DNA from: Candidatus Bathyarchaeia archaeon
Lineage (GTDB): Archaea; Thermoproteota; Bathyarchaeia; TCS64
Direction of reading: 5' to 3'
Length of the DNA: 64,000 nucleotides
NCBI GenBank assembly: GCA_050014495.1
Contig: JBEKDF010000003.1
Coordinates: 1 to 64,000, forward strand
Shown: one piece after another, positions 39,349-49,899 of the stretch
Numbering within the stretch: the first letter of the stretch is position 1
How the letters are laid out: each line of letters begins with the position of its first letter
The notes under the pieces: model-generated
Told to the model about the DNA's origin: nothing
Seen by the model: only the letters and a program-made list of their open reading frames with translations
Databases searched by the model: none
Program-made: the position numbers and the translations under genes

Positions 39349-39615
39349 ATGAAGAGGCTCATACTAAGGAGCAAGGACAATTTGTGGCCGACTGTAGTGT
39401 GGCAGGGATCGCAGCTCGTCGTCTATTATTTAGGCGAAGACGAGGACGATGTCGAGATAAGGGAGACGCGCGAGTTAGATTTCGAGGAATTCTTCCTACA
39501 TCTCGACCGTGGTGGCTCAGTGTTTGTAACCATGAACCCCCACTCGGAGTTACCTTATCTCAATTGTCCTCTAGTATCAGAGCCAGGGGATGAGCTTCTT
39601 CAGGACAATTTTTGA
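39349..39615 (+). CDS. Hypothetical protein upstream of TFB
   Basis: 88 aa ORF ending about 20 nt before tfb; operon-like spacing. Confidence 0.6.
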   Translation: MKRLILRSKDNLWPTVVWQGSQLVVYYLGEDEDDVEIRETRELDFEEFFLHLDRGGSVFVTMNPHSELPYLNCPLVSEPGDELLQDNF

Positions 39616-39634
39616 ACTATGGAGCGTGTGAAAA

Positions 39635-40585
39635 ATGGAAGAAGCGTTTAGTCACGTATGTCCGAAGTGTCAAAGTACTCGTATAATCAGGGATCAGGAA
39701 GCTGGCGAAGAGGTCTGCGCGGAGTGTGGGCTCGTCATTGATTCGATTATAGATTCCGGAGCCGAGTGGAGGGCCTTCGAGTTCTCCGAGATTAGCAGAT
39801 CTAGGGCTGGCCACGCCCTAACCCCCTCCCTCTGGGATCAGGGTATGTCGACAAGCTTCAACTGTCTGAGGGACGGAACTGGGAAACCCCTGAACATGAA
39901 GGCGATCGACAAGATGTACCGGCTGAAGAAGTATGACAACCGGTCGAAGGTGAACGATACCCAGGCGAGGAACCTGAGCATCGCCATGGCTGAGCTTAGC
40001 AGACTCTCCACAGCTATTCACCTTCCTGAGAACGCGAAGAATAATGCCGCGACTCTATACAGGAAGGCCTTGAACAGGGACATGATAAGGGGTAGAAGCA
40101 TCGACTCTTTCGTCGCGGCTTGCATCTACGCCTCATGTCGCATGCATGGGATACCTAGGCCGCTTAAGACCATATCAGCTGAGAGTCATCGTGACGTCGG
40201 AGATGTGGCGAGGACCTATCGACTGCTACTTAAGGACCTGGGAATGAAGATGCCTCTCAATGAATCGGAGAAGTTTGTGCCGGGGATCGCCTCCAAACTT
40301 AATCTGAAGAGGGTAACTGAACAGATCGCGGTCGAGATACTCAGGGAAGCGAAGGCTAGACAGGAATTATCTGGGAAGGACCCCAGGGGTCTCGCAGCTG
40401 CCGCCCTCTACCTCAGCTGTGTGAAAAACAGGGACAAGAGGACACAGAAGGAGGTCGCGGAAGCTGCGGGTACTACAGAGGTTACGCTCAGGAATAGGGT
40501 TAAGGGACTCGAGGACGCCGTAGTAGCGAAGACGTTCGACCTACCTTCGATGGCTTACAACCCTATTTTAACCGCCGGAAAATAA
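39635..40585 (+). CDS. tfb: Transcription initiation factor IIB (TFB paralog)
   Basis: CPKC...GEEVCAECGLV, EWRAF, RNLSIA, IRGRSI, GKDPRGLAAAALY, TEVTLRNR. Confidence 0.96.
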   Translation: MEEAFSHVCPKCQSTRIIRDQEAGEEVCAECGLVIDSIIDSGAEWRAFEFSEISRSRAGHALTPSLWDQGMSTSFNCLRDGTGKPLNMKAIDKMYRLKKYDNRSKVNDTQARNLSIAMAELSRLSTAIHLPENAKNNAATLYRKALNRDMIRGRSIDSFVAACIYASCRMHGIPRPLKTISAESHRDVGDVARTYRLLLKDLGMKMPLNESEKFVPGIASKLNLKRVTEQIAVEILREAKARQELSGKDPRGLAAAALYLSCVKNRDKRTQKEVAEAAGTTEVTLRNRVKGLEDAVVAKTFDLPSMAYNPILTAGK

Positions 40586-40587
40586 CT

Positions 40588-40630
40588 GGGATAGCTATCT
40601 ATCCCTTAGGCGATCCGGGTTTTTCTATTT
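40588..40630 (+). terminator. Putative terminator between convergent tfb and LLM genes
   Basis: GGGATAG-ctat-CTATCCC hairpin and downstream T tracts. Confidence 0.4.
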
Positions 40631-40658
40631 ATTTTGTTATGTGAATATTGATCGCAAG

Positions 40659-41591
40659 TTACAGTTGCTGGAAAACCTCATCCCTGAGGGTGGCGCAGGT
40701 CTCCTTAATCTCGCTCGGAATGCTGCTATGTGGGATCACAATCATCATCTTTAGTCCGAGGTCGCTGCAGGCACGAAGCTTCTCAACCAATACATCAGGG
40801 GTCCCAATGAAGACGTCTTCCGCCACATCTTTGATGATCTTATCCTTCGCGATCTTCTTCAGGATCTCGTCAGTTACCGCCTGTGTCTTCGTCGGAGTTA
40901 TGGTCGTGAAGCCGTGGAGGTAAAAGTCCCTCATCCGTCTTCCGTTCTTCTCTAGCTCTGGTGTGAGAGTCTTCAAATAGCCTCTGATTGCGTTCATATT
41001 CCCGCTCCCATTCATGCCATCAGCGAACTTCGCGGCGATGCTGATCATCCTTGGTTGTCTGGCTCCCACGCTGAGCCTCATTGGCCTCTGAACAGTGCTC
41101 GGTACATTCACCGCCTCCTTGAGCTTCCAGTACTTGCCCTTGAAACTGAAGACCTCGTTGTCGAACATGCCCCTCAGAATCTGGGTGGCTTCCTTGAGTC
41201 GAGTAACTCGCTCACCGGCCTCAGGCATTCCTGCGCCACCTCCCATGAGGTCATAGCCTAGGTACTCTGGTTCATTCCATCCCGCCCCAAGTATTGTCTC
41301 GTATCGTCCGCTCGTCATCACGTCTAGCGTCGTTATCATCTTAGCTAGGACAGCGGGGTTCCTCATGCTATTAAAGAGGGTTATGTGTCCGATCCTGATC
41401 TTTCTAGTCTCGACGCCTATCCCCGCTAAGGCGGTGAAGGCCTCGAGGTAAGGTTCCCTACGATCCCCACTAAGCCCCTCTATGTGATCGTTCAGGAAGA
41501 CACCGAAGAGGCCAAGTTCCTCGGCGTACCTTGAAAGCTCCAGCATGTCCGGATATGTATTTGCTGGTCTGATGTAAAGACTAAATTCCAT
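40659..41591 (-). CDS. LLM-class flavin/F420-dependent oxidoreductase
   Basis: VFLNDH, RNPAVLAK..TLD..SGR...LGAGW. Confidence 0.9.
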   Translation of the reverse strand: MEFSLYIRPANTYPDMLELSRYAEELGLFGVFLNDHIEGLSGDRREPYLEAFTALAGIGVETRKIRIGHITLFNSMRNPAVLAKMITTLDVMTSGRYETILGAGWNEPEYLGYDLMGGGAGMPEAGERVTRLKEATQILRGMFDNEVFSFKGKYWKLKEAVNVPSTVQRPMRLSVGARQPRMISIAAKFADGMNGSGNMNAIRGYLKTLTPELEKNGRRMRDFYLHGFTTITPTKTQAVTDEILKKIAKDKIIKDVAEDVFIGTPDVLVEKLRACSDLGLKMMIVIPHSSIPSEIKETCATLRDEVFQQL

Positions 41592-41922
41592 GCAGGCATG
41601 AAGTTCTCCCCGTATTTAGACGTAACCGAAATAGATTTCCAATACCTTTCACCGATCCTGAATCTCTTTAAATTCACATATCGAGGGTCCTTACGCGATG
41701 TGCCATGTGTAACACCGACGTTTACCGCATCTATAGAGCTGGAAAGGATGAGTCTGAAGAAGAGAAGAAGAAGGTTGACATCAAGCTTGTATGCGCCTCG
41801 ACGAGTATCCTAGCGGCTGTTGTCAGCCCAGCGAAATAGATACTTGATACTCACCTTATCTATGCCGTGAGAACCGTCATAGATATAGCCCCTTAGAGCC
41901 TCACATAGAAACCAGATTAACC

Positions 41923-43323
41923 TTGGCTAAGAAGCCTCACCCATACATACCTAATTCCGTCCCAGAGATAAGGGCGGAGATGCTCAGAATCGTTGGCGCG
42001 GAGAGCACGGATCAGCTCTATGCTGAAATGATCCCTGATAATCTCCTTTTAAAAAGAAATATGAATTTACCCGAGTCGTTGCCTGCTGAGCAAGACCTCA
42101 AGAAACACGTCTCAGATATTCTGGATAAGGACAGGTCCTGCTGGGATACCCTCAGTTTCCTCGGTGGAGGCTGCTGGAATCACTTCATACCACAGGTATG
42201 CGACGAGATAGCACGCCGTGGCGAGTTTCTGACCGCCTACGCAGGTGGCTACTATAGTGACCTCGGCAGATTCCAGGCGAACTGGGAGTTCCAGAGTCTC
42301 ATCTGCGAGTTGGTAGGTATGGAAGTAAGTGGCATACCGACATATGATTGGGGGAGCGGTGCTGGCAACGCGGTCAGGATGGCTTCGCGTCTCACTCGCA
42401 GAAAGGAGGTTCTTGTACCCGCGAGTATGAGTCCTGCTCGCCTATCTGTCGTAACCAACTTTTGCAATCCAACCGAATTACCCGGAGCAATCAAGGTAAT
42501 AAAAATAGACTATGATAAGAGGACTGGCGCACTCGATCTTAAAGACCTCAGGAATAAGATCAGCTCGTCGACAGCATGCGTCTACTTCGAGAACCCCGGT
42601 TACCTCGGCGTTATCGAGGATCAAGGAGAGGAAATAGCTGATATAGCGCATAAGGCTGGTGCGGAAGTCGTCGTAGGAGTCGACCCAATAAGCCTTGGGA
42701 TCCTCGCTCCACCAAGTGACTACGGTGCTGATATCGTATGTGGGGAGGTCCAGCCACTCGGCGTCCACATGATGGCGGGAGGCGGCCTCGCTGGATTCAT
42801 AGCAAGTCGGGACGAGGAACGGTATGTCGCCGAATATCCGATGCGCATCATTAGTATAACTGATACCGTCGAGAGTGGTGAACGTGGTTTTGGGCAAGCA
42901 GCGTATGAGCGGACAAGTTATATGGCCCGCGAGAAGGCGAAGGACTGGGTCGGCACAACCACCGCCCTCCACGGCATAATAGCCGCCGTCTATATGAGTC
43001 TGCTCGGTCCCCAGGGAATGAGAGATGTTGGTGAGGCAATACTACAGAAGAGCCACTATGCATTTACGAAGCTATCCGAGATCGACAATGTAGATGTAAA
43101 ATTCCCTTGCTTCTTCACCGAATTCCCTCTATGCATCGACTCCACTAGTAAGAAAGTCAACCAGGTTAACCGGATACTCCTCACTAAGAGCATCCTCGGC
43201 GGCAAAGACATCTCTAGAGAGTTCCCTGAACTTGGACAATCCGCACTGACCTGCGTAACCGAGGTTCACAGCAAGGGAGACATAGATAAGTTTGCTGAGG
43301 AGTTGGAGGCGATTCTTCGATGA
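41923..43323 (+). CDS. gcvPA: Glycine dehydrogenase subunit 1
   Basis: HPYIPN, FLGGG..H, EFLTAY, EFQSLI.EL.GM, GADIVCGE.QPLG. Confidence 0.88.
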   Translation: MAKKPHPYIPNSVPEIRAEMLRIVGAESTDQLYAEMIPDNLLLKRNMNLPESLPAEQDLKKHVSDILDKDRSCWDTLSFLGGGCWNHFIPQVCDEIARRGEFLTAYAGGYYSDLGRFQANWEFQSLICELVGMEVSGIPTYDWGSGAGNAVRMASRLTRRKEVLVPASMSPARLSVVTNFCNPTELPGAIKVIKIDYDKRTGALDLKDLRNKISSSTACVYFENPGYLGVIEDQGEEIADIAHKAGAEVVVGVDPISLGILAPPSDYGADIVCGEVQPLGVHMMAGGGLAGFIASRDEERYVAEYPMRIISITDTVESGERGFGQAAYERTSYMAREKAKDWVGTTTALHGIIAAVYMSLLGPQGMRDVGEAILQKSHYAFTKLSEIDNVDVKFPCFFTEFPLCIDSTSKKVNQVNRILLTKSILGGKDISREFPELGQSALTCVTEVHSKGDIDKFAEELEAILR

Positions 43324-44861
43324 CTGATGTTAATGTGCGTCCATATCATGCCCCGGTCTGGAGCGAGCCATTGATACATGAACTTGGAGCAAAAGGTGAA
43401 CGGGGCGTCATCTTGCCAAGGGTGGAGCCTGAGATACAAGATGTGGTAGGAGAAACGGACTCACTCATACCAAAGGGGATGAAACGCAACACGCCACTGA
43501 ATCTTCCCGAGATCAGCCAACCCCAGGTCCTGCGACACTGGCTCCGCTTGAGCCAGATGACTCTCGGGATGGAGATGGAGATAGACCTCGGTGTAGGGAC
43601 CTGCACTATGAAATACAGTCCCAAGGTCAACGAGGAGCTCGCTGCCATGGTAGCAGGGATTCACCCTGACCAACCCGAGGAAACGATACAGGGCCTCCTA
43701 GAGGTCGCGTGGCGTTTTGGGGACATCTACCTCCGAGAGATAAGCGGGATGGATGCCTTCACATTCCAACCACCGGGTGGATCTGCAGGTGCATTCAATA
43801 ACGCTATCATAATGCGGAAATACTACGAGGAGCAGAACGAACTCGTTCAGCGCAACGAAGTTATAACGACTATTTTCAGCCACCCCTGCGACGCTGCGTG
43901 CCCTGCGACGGCTGGCTTCAAGGTGATTACACTTTATCCCGATGACGAGACAGGTTACCCCAGCATCGAGGCTCTCAAGGCAGCTGTCTCGAAGCACACA
44001 GCAGGAATATTCGTGACTAACCCCGAGGACACGGGTATCTTCAATCCACATATAGACGAATGGACGAGGATTGTCCATGAGGTAGGTGGACTTTGTGCCT
44101 ATGACCAGGCGAACCTCAATGCTCTAATGGGTATCACGCGTGCACGAGATGCTGGCTTCGATATGAGTTTCTTCAACCTCCACAAGACGTTCGGTAGCCC
44201 ACATGGGAGCAGCGGCCCAGGATCCGGTGCCGTTGGGGTTACAAAGGATCTGGCGAAGTATCTCCCGATCCCCGTCATAGTGAAGAGAGGTGATAAGTAC
44301 CATCTCGACTACGACCGCCCACACAGCATTGGTCGAGTGCGAGACTTCCTAGGCAACCTACAGGTTGTGGTCCGTGCCTACGCTTGGGCCGCAGCCATGG
44401 GGGCAGACGGTCTCAGGGAGGCTGCGGAGATCAGCATGCTGAACAACCAGTACCTCAGCGAGAGGATGAAGGAGGTCCCAGGCGTCACAAAGCCCTACGG
44501 CGGTAGGCGTCTCGACCAGGTCCGGTGGAGCCTCGACAAGCTGAAGGAGGAGACTGGCTGCGGAATAAATGAGGTCAATAAACGAGTTGTCGACTTTGGG
44601 GTCCAGAGCTTCTTTACTAGTCACCACCCGTGGGTGGTTCCCGAGCCATTCACACCTGAGCCATGCGAGACCTACAGCAAGGCGGATATCGACTACTGGA
44701 TCGCTGTGCTGAAGAAGGTCTGCCAGGAGGCATATGAGGATCCGGAGATCCTCAAAAAGGCGCCTCACAACTCTTCGATACATTCCGTAGACTCAACGCC
44801 TTTCGATGACCCGAAGAGGTGGGCGATGAGCTGGAGGGCGTACAGGAGGAAGATAAAGTGA
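43320..44861 (+). CDS. gcvPB: Glycine dehydrogenase subunit 2
   Basis: LG.GTCTMKYSPKVNE, NLHKTFGSPHG.GPG, EPCET.SK. Confidence 0.9.
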   Translation: MTDVNVRPYHAPVWSEPLIHELGAKGERGVILPRVEPEIQDVVGETDSLIPKGMKRNTPLNLPEISQPQVLRHWLRLSQMTLGMEMEIDLGVGTCTMKYSPKVNEELAAMVAGIHPDQPEETIQGLLEVAWRFGDIYLREISGMDAFTFQPPGGSAGAFNNAIIMRKYYEEQNELVQRNEVITTIFSHPCDAACPATAGFKVITLYPDDETGYPSIEALKAAVSKHTAGIFVTNPEDTGIFNPHIDEWTRIVHEVGGLCAYDQANLNALMGITRARDAGFDMSFFNLHKTFGSPHGSSGPGSGAVGVTKDLAKYLPIPVIVKRGDKYHLDYDRPHSIGRVRDFLGNLQVVVRAYAWAAAMGADGLREAAEISMLNNQYLSERMKEVPGVTKPYGGRRLDQVRWSLDKLKEETGCGINEVNKRVVDFGVQSFFTSHHPWVVPEPFTPEPCETYSKADIDYWIAVLKKVCQEAYEDPEILKKAPHNSSIHSVDSTPFDDPKRWAMSWRAYRRKIK

Positions 44862-45664
44862 AGAGGCTAGAGGGTAAGGTTGCTGTTGTCACCGGTGCAG
44901 CTCAAGGGATTGGGGCGGGCATCTCGAAGGTTCTGGCGGCCAATGGTGCCACCGTATGTTTGGCGGACATTCAAGAAACTGTCGAGAAGACAGCGGAAAC
45001 GATCAGGGCGGTCGGCGGTGAGGCAAGTGCATATCGGATGGATGTCACTAAGTCAGTGGATGTTGAGCAGGGCTTCGCCAATATTGCTAAGGATCATATG
45101 CTTGTAGACATCCTCGTTAATAATGCGGGTATTTATCCAAGGCGCAAGCTGGTAGAGATGGATGAGGAGTTCCTCCATCGCCTCTTCGAGATCAACGTCT
45201 TCGGTATGTTCAGGTGTACTAAGGCGGTTCTGCCTGGCATGATGGATAGGAGGTATGGGAAGATTGTGAACATGAGCAGTGTGACAGGGCCGATGGTTGG
45301 GACACCGGCAGGTGGGCAGACAGCTTATGGCTCCTCTAAGGCAGCGGTAATTGGATTTACAAAGGCGTTGGCACTCGAGATGGCGCAGTACATGATAAAT
45401 GTGAACTGCATTCTACCCGGCTACGTTTACAGTCCCAGTGCCTTTGTGATTAGGGGGAGCCTGGGTGATGTGAACGCGGAGGCTGCGATGAGGGAGTTCG
45501 GGAGGAAGATACCTATGTGCCGACAGGGAAGTCCAGAGGATGTGGGTAATCTAGTCCTCTTCCTCGCAAGTGACGAGTCAAGCTACTTGACGGGCTCAGA
45601 GATAGTGATCGATGGGGGAAATATTCTGCAGGAGGAGTTCCTAGGTCCATACAATCCAAGATAG
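44858..45664 (+). CDS. SDR family oxidoreductase
   Basis: TGAAQGIG, NNAG, YGSSK; GTG start overlaps the gcvPB stop. Confidence 0.92.
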   Translation: MKRLEGKVAVVTGAAQGIGAGISKVLAANGATVCLADIQETVEKTAETIRAVGGEASAYRMDVTKSVDVEQGFANIAKDHMLVDILVNNAGIYPRRKLVEMDEEFLHRLFEINVFGMFRCTKAVLPGMMDRRYGKIVNMSSVTGPMVGTPAGGQTAYGSSKAAVIGFTKALALEMAQYMINVNCILPGYVYSPSAFVIRGSLGDVNAEAAMREFGRKIPMCRQGSPEDVGNLVLFLASDESSYLTGSEIVIDGGNILQEEFLGPYNPR

Positions 45665-45725
45665 AATCCATCGTGCACACTCGATTAAGTCAACGATCCA
45701 TAGCATAATAATCCGGATGCTATGG

Positions 45726-46841
45726 TCAAACCTCTTTGATTCTATAGACAACGCGTCTACCATAGTCGGTGACGACACGAGTGTAGCCGGACAGCTCCCT
45801 GTCGAGCGTAGGATCCCCCGTGTCAACCAGTAGCGGTTTACCATGGAGAGTAGCTAGCTTCGCTGGAGTCGCGACTATTACTATATTATCCTTCCCGATC
45901 GCACGGATAACTTTGGGGCTTATTTGCTGGTTGCCACGGCCGAAGACGAAGCCCTGCCCGCCGATTACGGTGACTATAATCTTCGCCCTCTTCCCGGTGA
46001 CAATGTTAATGATCTGGTCCTCATTAACGTCCGAGGCAACAATTTTTCCTCCCTTGACAACGTCGACACCAAGGAGGGTCTTAGCTAAACGGAGGTGTTC
46101 CGTTACACTGCTTATGGTGGAGCCTGGCCCTAGAACATAGAGTGTATCAGGGTCCATTTCGTCGGCGAGGTCTGCGGCTATTGCCTTGAGGTTTTCATCC
46201 TCCTGGGTTGGGCTTGCTTCCTTCGACCCCTGCACATAGGACTCCTCACTAGGGACTCGTAGGTATCCATAGAGGCGTGCACTCAGCCTATTTTCGCGGA
46301 ACGCCTCCTCGTCGATGTCCATGACCTCTGACTGCTGAACCGATGTGACCTCTCCTCTGAGGTACTTTGCAGCAAGCTCACCGGCTGCTGCTGGTGAGAC
46401 TGCGAAGACACCCGAGTGAATCTTTACTCCTGTTGGGATACCGAGTGCGGTAACCTTCCCGTCGATGGCCTCAAAGACGTCGCGGGCGGTTCCATCGCCC
46501 CCCGCGAATAAAATGAGGTCTACGCCTAAGCGAGCCATCTCGGACGCTGCAGCTTTCGTGTCTGCTGAGGTAGTCTCACCCGGTTTGATCTTCCCTAATA
46601 CTCTTGGCTCGAACCCAGCGGACAGAGCCTCGTCTTTCCCCATCTCCCCCGGATAAGTAATAAGCTCAATCTCCCCCTTTAGGGAGGTAAGGTGCTTGAG
46701 TGTCTCAACGGCCCTGGCGGGGGACGTCTCGGTGGCGCCAAGTTCCTTCGCCTTCCTCAGGGTCCTTATACCGTCGCTACCCTTCAACCCTACTCGACCA
46801 CCCATCCCCGCCACGGGGTTGACGATAAAACCGAGGCGCAC
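45726..46841 (-). CDS. ATP-NAD kinase family (AcoX-like) protein
   Basis: VNPVAGMGG..GLKGSD, GGDGTARD, GIPTGVK.HSGVF, GRGNQQ. Confidence 0.85.
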   Translation of the reverse strand: MRLGFIVNPVAGMGGRVGLKGSDGIRTLRKAKELGATETSPARAVETLKHLTSLKGEIELITYPGEMGKDEALSAGFEPRVLGKIKPGETTSADTKAAASEMARLGVDLILFAGGDGTARDVFEAIDGKVTALGIPTGVKIHSGVFAVSPAAAGELAAKYLRGEVTSVQQSEVMDIDEEAFRENRLSARLYGYLRVPSEESYVQGSKEASPTQEDENLKAIAADLADEMDPDTLYVLGPGSTISSVTEHLRLAKTLLGVDVVKGGKIVASDVNEDQIINIVTGKRAKIIVTVIGGQGFVFGRGNQQISPKVIRAIGKDNIVIVATPAKLATLHGKPLLVDTGDPTLDRELSGYTRVVTDYGRRVVYRIKEV

Positions 46842-46967
46842 TACTAACCCTCACTGAAAAACGAGGTCGAGGATTTAAACTGAATCTAGAAATTTCGATT
46901 ATTGATAATATGTGCGCGCGACGCTCCTAAAGTCAAAGAAGACGGACACGACCAAGTAAGGGTGGAA

Positions 46968-47462
46968 CTAAACTTTCTCTGCCCTCGGTGGCTCTCCCAA
47001 AAAGACATTGGCGCCCGCAACGGGGTTACCGGCGAGTCTCCTGAATGAGTTTATCTGCCCTGTGTGCGTAAGGGCATCGGAGAACGGCCCATTTATCAGG
47101 TTCCAGAAGGGCTTATCGCGTATACGCAGCTTCCCTAGATCCTCTTCGCTCATCGCGAGCATCGCCTCCCTGAGGTCATGGATTATGCTTAAGGTCTCCT
47201 CACTCGCGGTTGGGCCATCCTTGGGCTTCTCGTAGGGCCTGTTCAATGCCGAGCTACTCACCCAATTCATGAGAGACCAGACATGGGTTACTAGCTCCTC
47301 GACGCTCATTGTGCCTTTAGCAGGGCGGAAGGTGTAGTCCTCCGCTCTAAGCCCCTCCGTCGCCCAGTAGAAGCGGAATCCGAGGCCGTCCAGCATCCTC
47401 GCTAATACTGTCGTGCTTGAGAGATGATCTGGATAAGCAGGTATCCGATAGTATTCATCCAA
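46968..47462 (-). CDS. DinB-like hypothetical protein
   Basis: ELVTHV and DALTHTGQI..FRR. Confidence 0.7.
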   Translation of the reverse strand: MDEYYRIPAYPDHLSSTTVLARMLDGLGFRFYWATEGLRAEDYTFRPAKGTMSVEELVTHVWSLMNWVSSSALNRPYEKPKDGPTASEETLSIIHDLREAMLAMSEEDLGKLRIRDKPFWNLINGPFSDALTHTGQINSFRRLAGNPVAGANVFLGEPPRAEKV

Positions 47463-47514
47463 CTCAATATCGCCTTACGTAATAGGTTCTTCACTCGTCT
47501 CTAAAAAAATGCGT

Positions 47515-48780
47515 TTAATTTGGCTGGTTGCACCAGCGGAGGATTGCTAGGGTGTAGGTCTTCGCCGCCTTTTCTAGGTTCTCTACACTAACTGACTCGT
47601 TGGCTGAGTGGGCCTCCCGCAGCTCCCCAGGACCGAAGATCATCGTTGGAGTGGAGCCGAGGTTGACGAGTAGACGCATATCGCTGCTGTAGGTCTTTCC
47701 CTCAACTTTTGGGCTGGAACCGGTAACTTCTCTGTATGCTGTTTTCACGGTCTCCATTATTGGGTGGTGGGCAGGTATCTTCGCTGGGTCAAAGCGATAC
47801 CCGTTCCAGTCGACTCTTGGCTGGTGCACCTTGAGCCATGGGTCCGCCTCCGCTGCCACCTTAATGGCGTCCTCAACCTGCCACTTAACAAGGTCGCAGG
47901 TCTCATCGGTGTGGACTCCAACGCGCCCCTCGAAGTAGAGGTTCTCGGGGACTGTCCCCGGCCATTCGCCGCCCACGATCTTACCTATGCTCACGGGGGA
48001 GGGTATGTCGTAGCCAGCGTATAGTGGGTCTTTAATGCGGGTGTTCCTCTTCGCCTCAAGCCTCTTCAAAGCATCATAGAGGGGGAGGAACTTGTCGATG
48101 GCGCTTACGCCGTCTGTGCGTATGCTCGCATGAGCCGCCTTGCCCTGGACTGTTACCCTGAATGCCATAACACCGGCATGGGCCGGGACCGCACTGAGCT
48201 CACTTGGCTCGGGAACTATCGCTGCATCAGCCCTGTAGCCCCTGAGAACAGCATCGAGGGCACCGACGCCTCCATCCTCCTCGCCGATGACGGTTTCGAG
48301 CATCACTTTACCTTTCATTTGGAATCCCGTATCAACAATCGCCTTTATCGCGTAGAGTGCCGCGACTATGCCACCTTTCATGTCGGAAGAACCACGCCCA
48401 TAGATCCTACCGTCGGAGACCGTCCCCTTCCATGGCGGATACCTCCACTTCGACTCGTCACCAGGGGAGACGACGTCAATGTGACCGTTGACTATCAGAC
48501 TCTTCCCAGACCCCTCACCGTAGCTGCCCACGACACCAATGCCCTCCATACGAGGTATGGGCATGCTGAAGGCAGGATGGCTCCTGAGTTTCTCGAAGTC
48601 GACATTCCAAGTCTCGACGCTGAGGCCTATAGCCTTCATCTTTGCTGCTATGTTTCTCTGTGCAGGGGACTCTTGCCCGCCCAAACTGTGAAATGAAATC
48701 AACTCACACAAGTATTTGACTAAGCCATCAACATCGACCGCATCGAGCACTCGTTTCTCAGCATCCTCCATAGACTTCAA
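47515..48780 (-). CDS. ArgE/DapE family M20 deacylase
   Basis: NGHIDVV, GRGSSDMKGG, GEEDGG, PEP, AHSANE. Confidence 0.92.
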   Translation of the reverse strand: MKSMEDAEKRVLDAVDVDGLVKYLCELISFHSLGGQESPAQRNIAAKMKAIGLSVETWNVDFEKLRSHPAFSMPIPRMEGIGVVGSYGEGSGKSLIVNGHIDVVSPGDESKWRYPPWKGTVSDGRIYGRGSSDMKGGIVAALYAIKAIVDTGFQMKGKVMLETVIGEEDGGVGALDAVLRGYRADAAIVPEPSELSAVPAHAGVMAFRVTVQGKAAHASIRTDGVSAIDKFLPLYDALKRLEAKRNTRIKDPLYAGYDIPSPVSIGKIVGGEWPGTVPENLYFEGRVGVHTDETCDLVKWQVEDAIKVAAEADPWLKVHQPRVDWNGYRFDPAKIPAHHPIMETVKTAYREVTGSSPKVEGKTYSSDMRLLVNLGSTPTMIFGPGELREAHSANESVSVENLEKAAKTYTLAILRWCNQPN

Positions 48781-48873
48781 GATTAGGATGCACCGCAGGG
48801 AATTAGAGCATTGCCCGTCGGGGAAGCGTTTAATCCGGGATCAGTGTCCCATAGCTGTGTAAAGGTGCCTGTG

Positions 48874-49899
48874 ATGAGAGCAGTCGTTAAAAGTAAACCA
48901 GAGCCCGGCGTTGAATTCGCTGAGGTGCCCAAACCCAAACCCGCTACTGACGAGGTGCTGATAGAGGTCAAGGCTGCCGCTATCTGCGGTAGTGACCTTG
49001 GGATCTATGACTATTCGCCGGCTTACTCGAAAATGAGGCTCCCTGTTGTGATGGGTCATGAGTTCTCGGGGAGGGTTGCGGAAATCGGACCACAGGTAAA
49101 GGGCTACGCTGTCTGTGACCGTGTCCTCTCCGAGTCCGTAAAATCCTGTGGGGTCTGCGCTTACTGCCACTCGGGTCACGAGAATCTTTGTGATGCCTCC
49201 ACCCTCTTCGGAATCCACACCGATGGAGGGATGGCCGAATACGTTACCGTACCCTATAAACTCCTACACCGCCTCCCCGAAGAGCTCAGCTTCGAGGAGG
49301 GTGCTCTCATCGAGCCCCTCAGCAACGCACTTCATTTCGTCAAGGATTGCACACCCATCAGACTCGGTGACTTCGTGGTTGTCCAAGGCTGTGGACCAAT
49401 AGGCATCTTCAGTGCCCAGCTCTTCCGCCTAGCAGGGGCCCAGGTGATGATAACCGGCGTCAACGTAGATATGGAGCGTTTTAAGATAGCCGAGAGAATG
49501 GGGCTTGAAACCTTCAATGTGGAGAAGGAGGACCTTGCTAAGCTAGTCCTTGAGAGGACTGGGGGTCGTGGCGCTGACATAGCCTTCGTTGCTACAGGTG
49601 CACCCTCCGCTGTGGCGCAGGCCATTCAGATAGTGAAGAAACGAGGACAAGTGACAGTGATAGGTATCTTCGGGCGCTCAGTAGAGGTCCCCATGACTCA
49701 GGTGGTCCGCAGGGAGATAACTCTGAGTGGTGCATATGACGCGAAGCCAGAGAACTTCGACCAATCCCTAAGGCTGGCGAGCAGTGGCACGATTAAGGTT
49801 AGAGAGTTAATAACACATAGGCTATCCCTTGAAAAGGCAGGGGAAGCCTTCGAGACGGCGAAGAGTCGCGTAGGATGCAAGGTCGAGTTCATCCCCTAA
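48874..49899 (+). CDS. Zn-dependent alcohol dehydrogenase (threonine/sorbitol DH-like)
   Basis: ICGSD, GHEFSG, CGVCAYC...C, GCGPIG. Confidence 0.92.
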   Translation: MRAVVKSKPEPGVEFAEVPKPKPATDEVLIEVKAAAICGSDLGIYDYSPAYSKMRLPVVMGHEFSGRVAEIGPQVKGYAVCDRVLSESVKSCGVCAYCHSGHENLCDASTLFGIHTDGGMAEYVTVPYKLLHRLPEELSFEEGALIEPLSNALHFVKDCTPIRLGDFVVVQGCGPIGIFSAQLFRLAGAQVMITGVNVDMERFKIAERMGLETFNVEKEDLAKLVLERTGGRGADIAFVATGAPSAVAQAIQIVKKRGQVTVIGIFGRSVEVPMTQVVRREITLSGAYDAKPENFDQSLRLASSGTIKVRELITHRLSLEKAGEAFETAKSRVGCKVEFIP

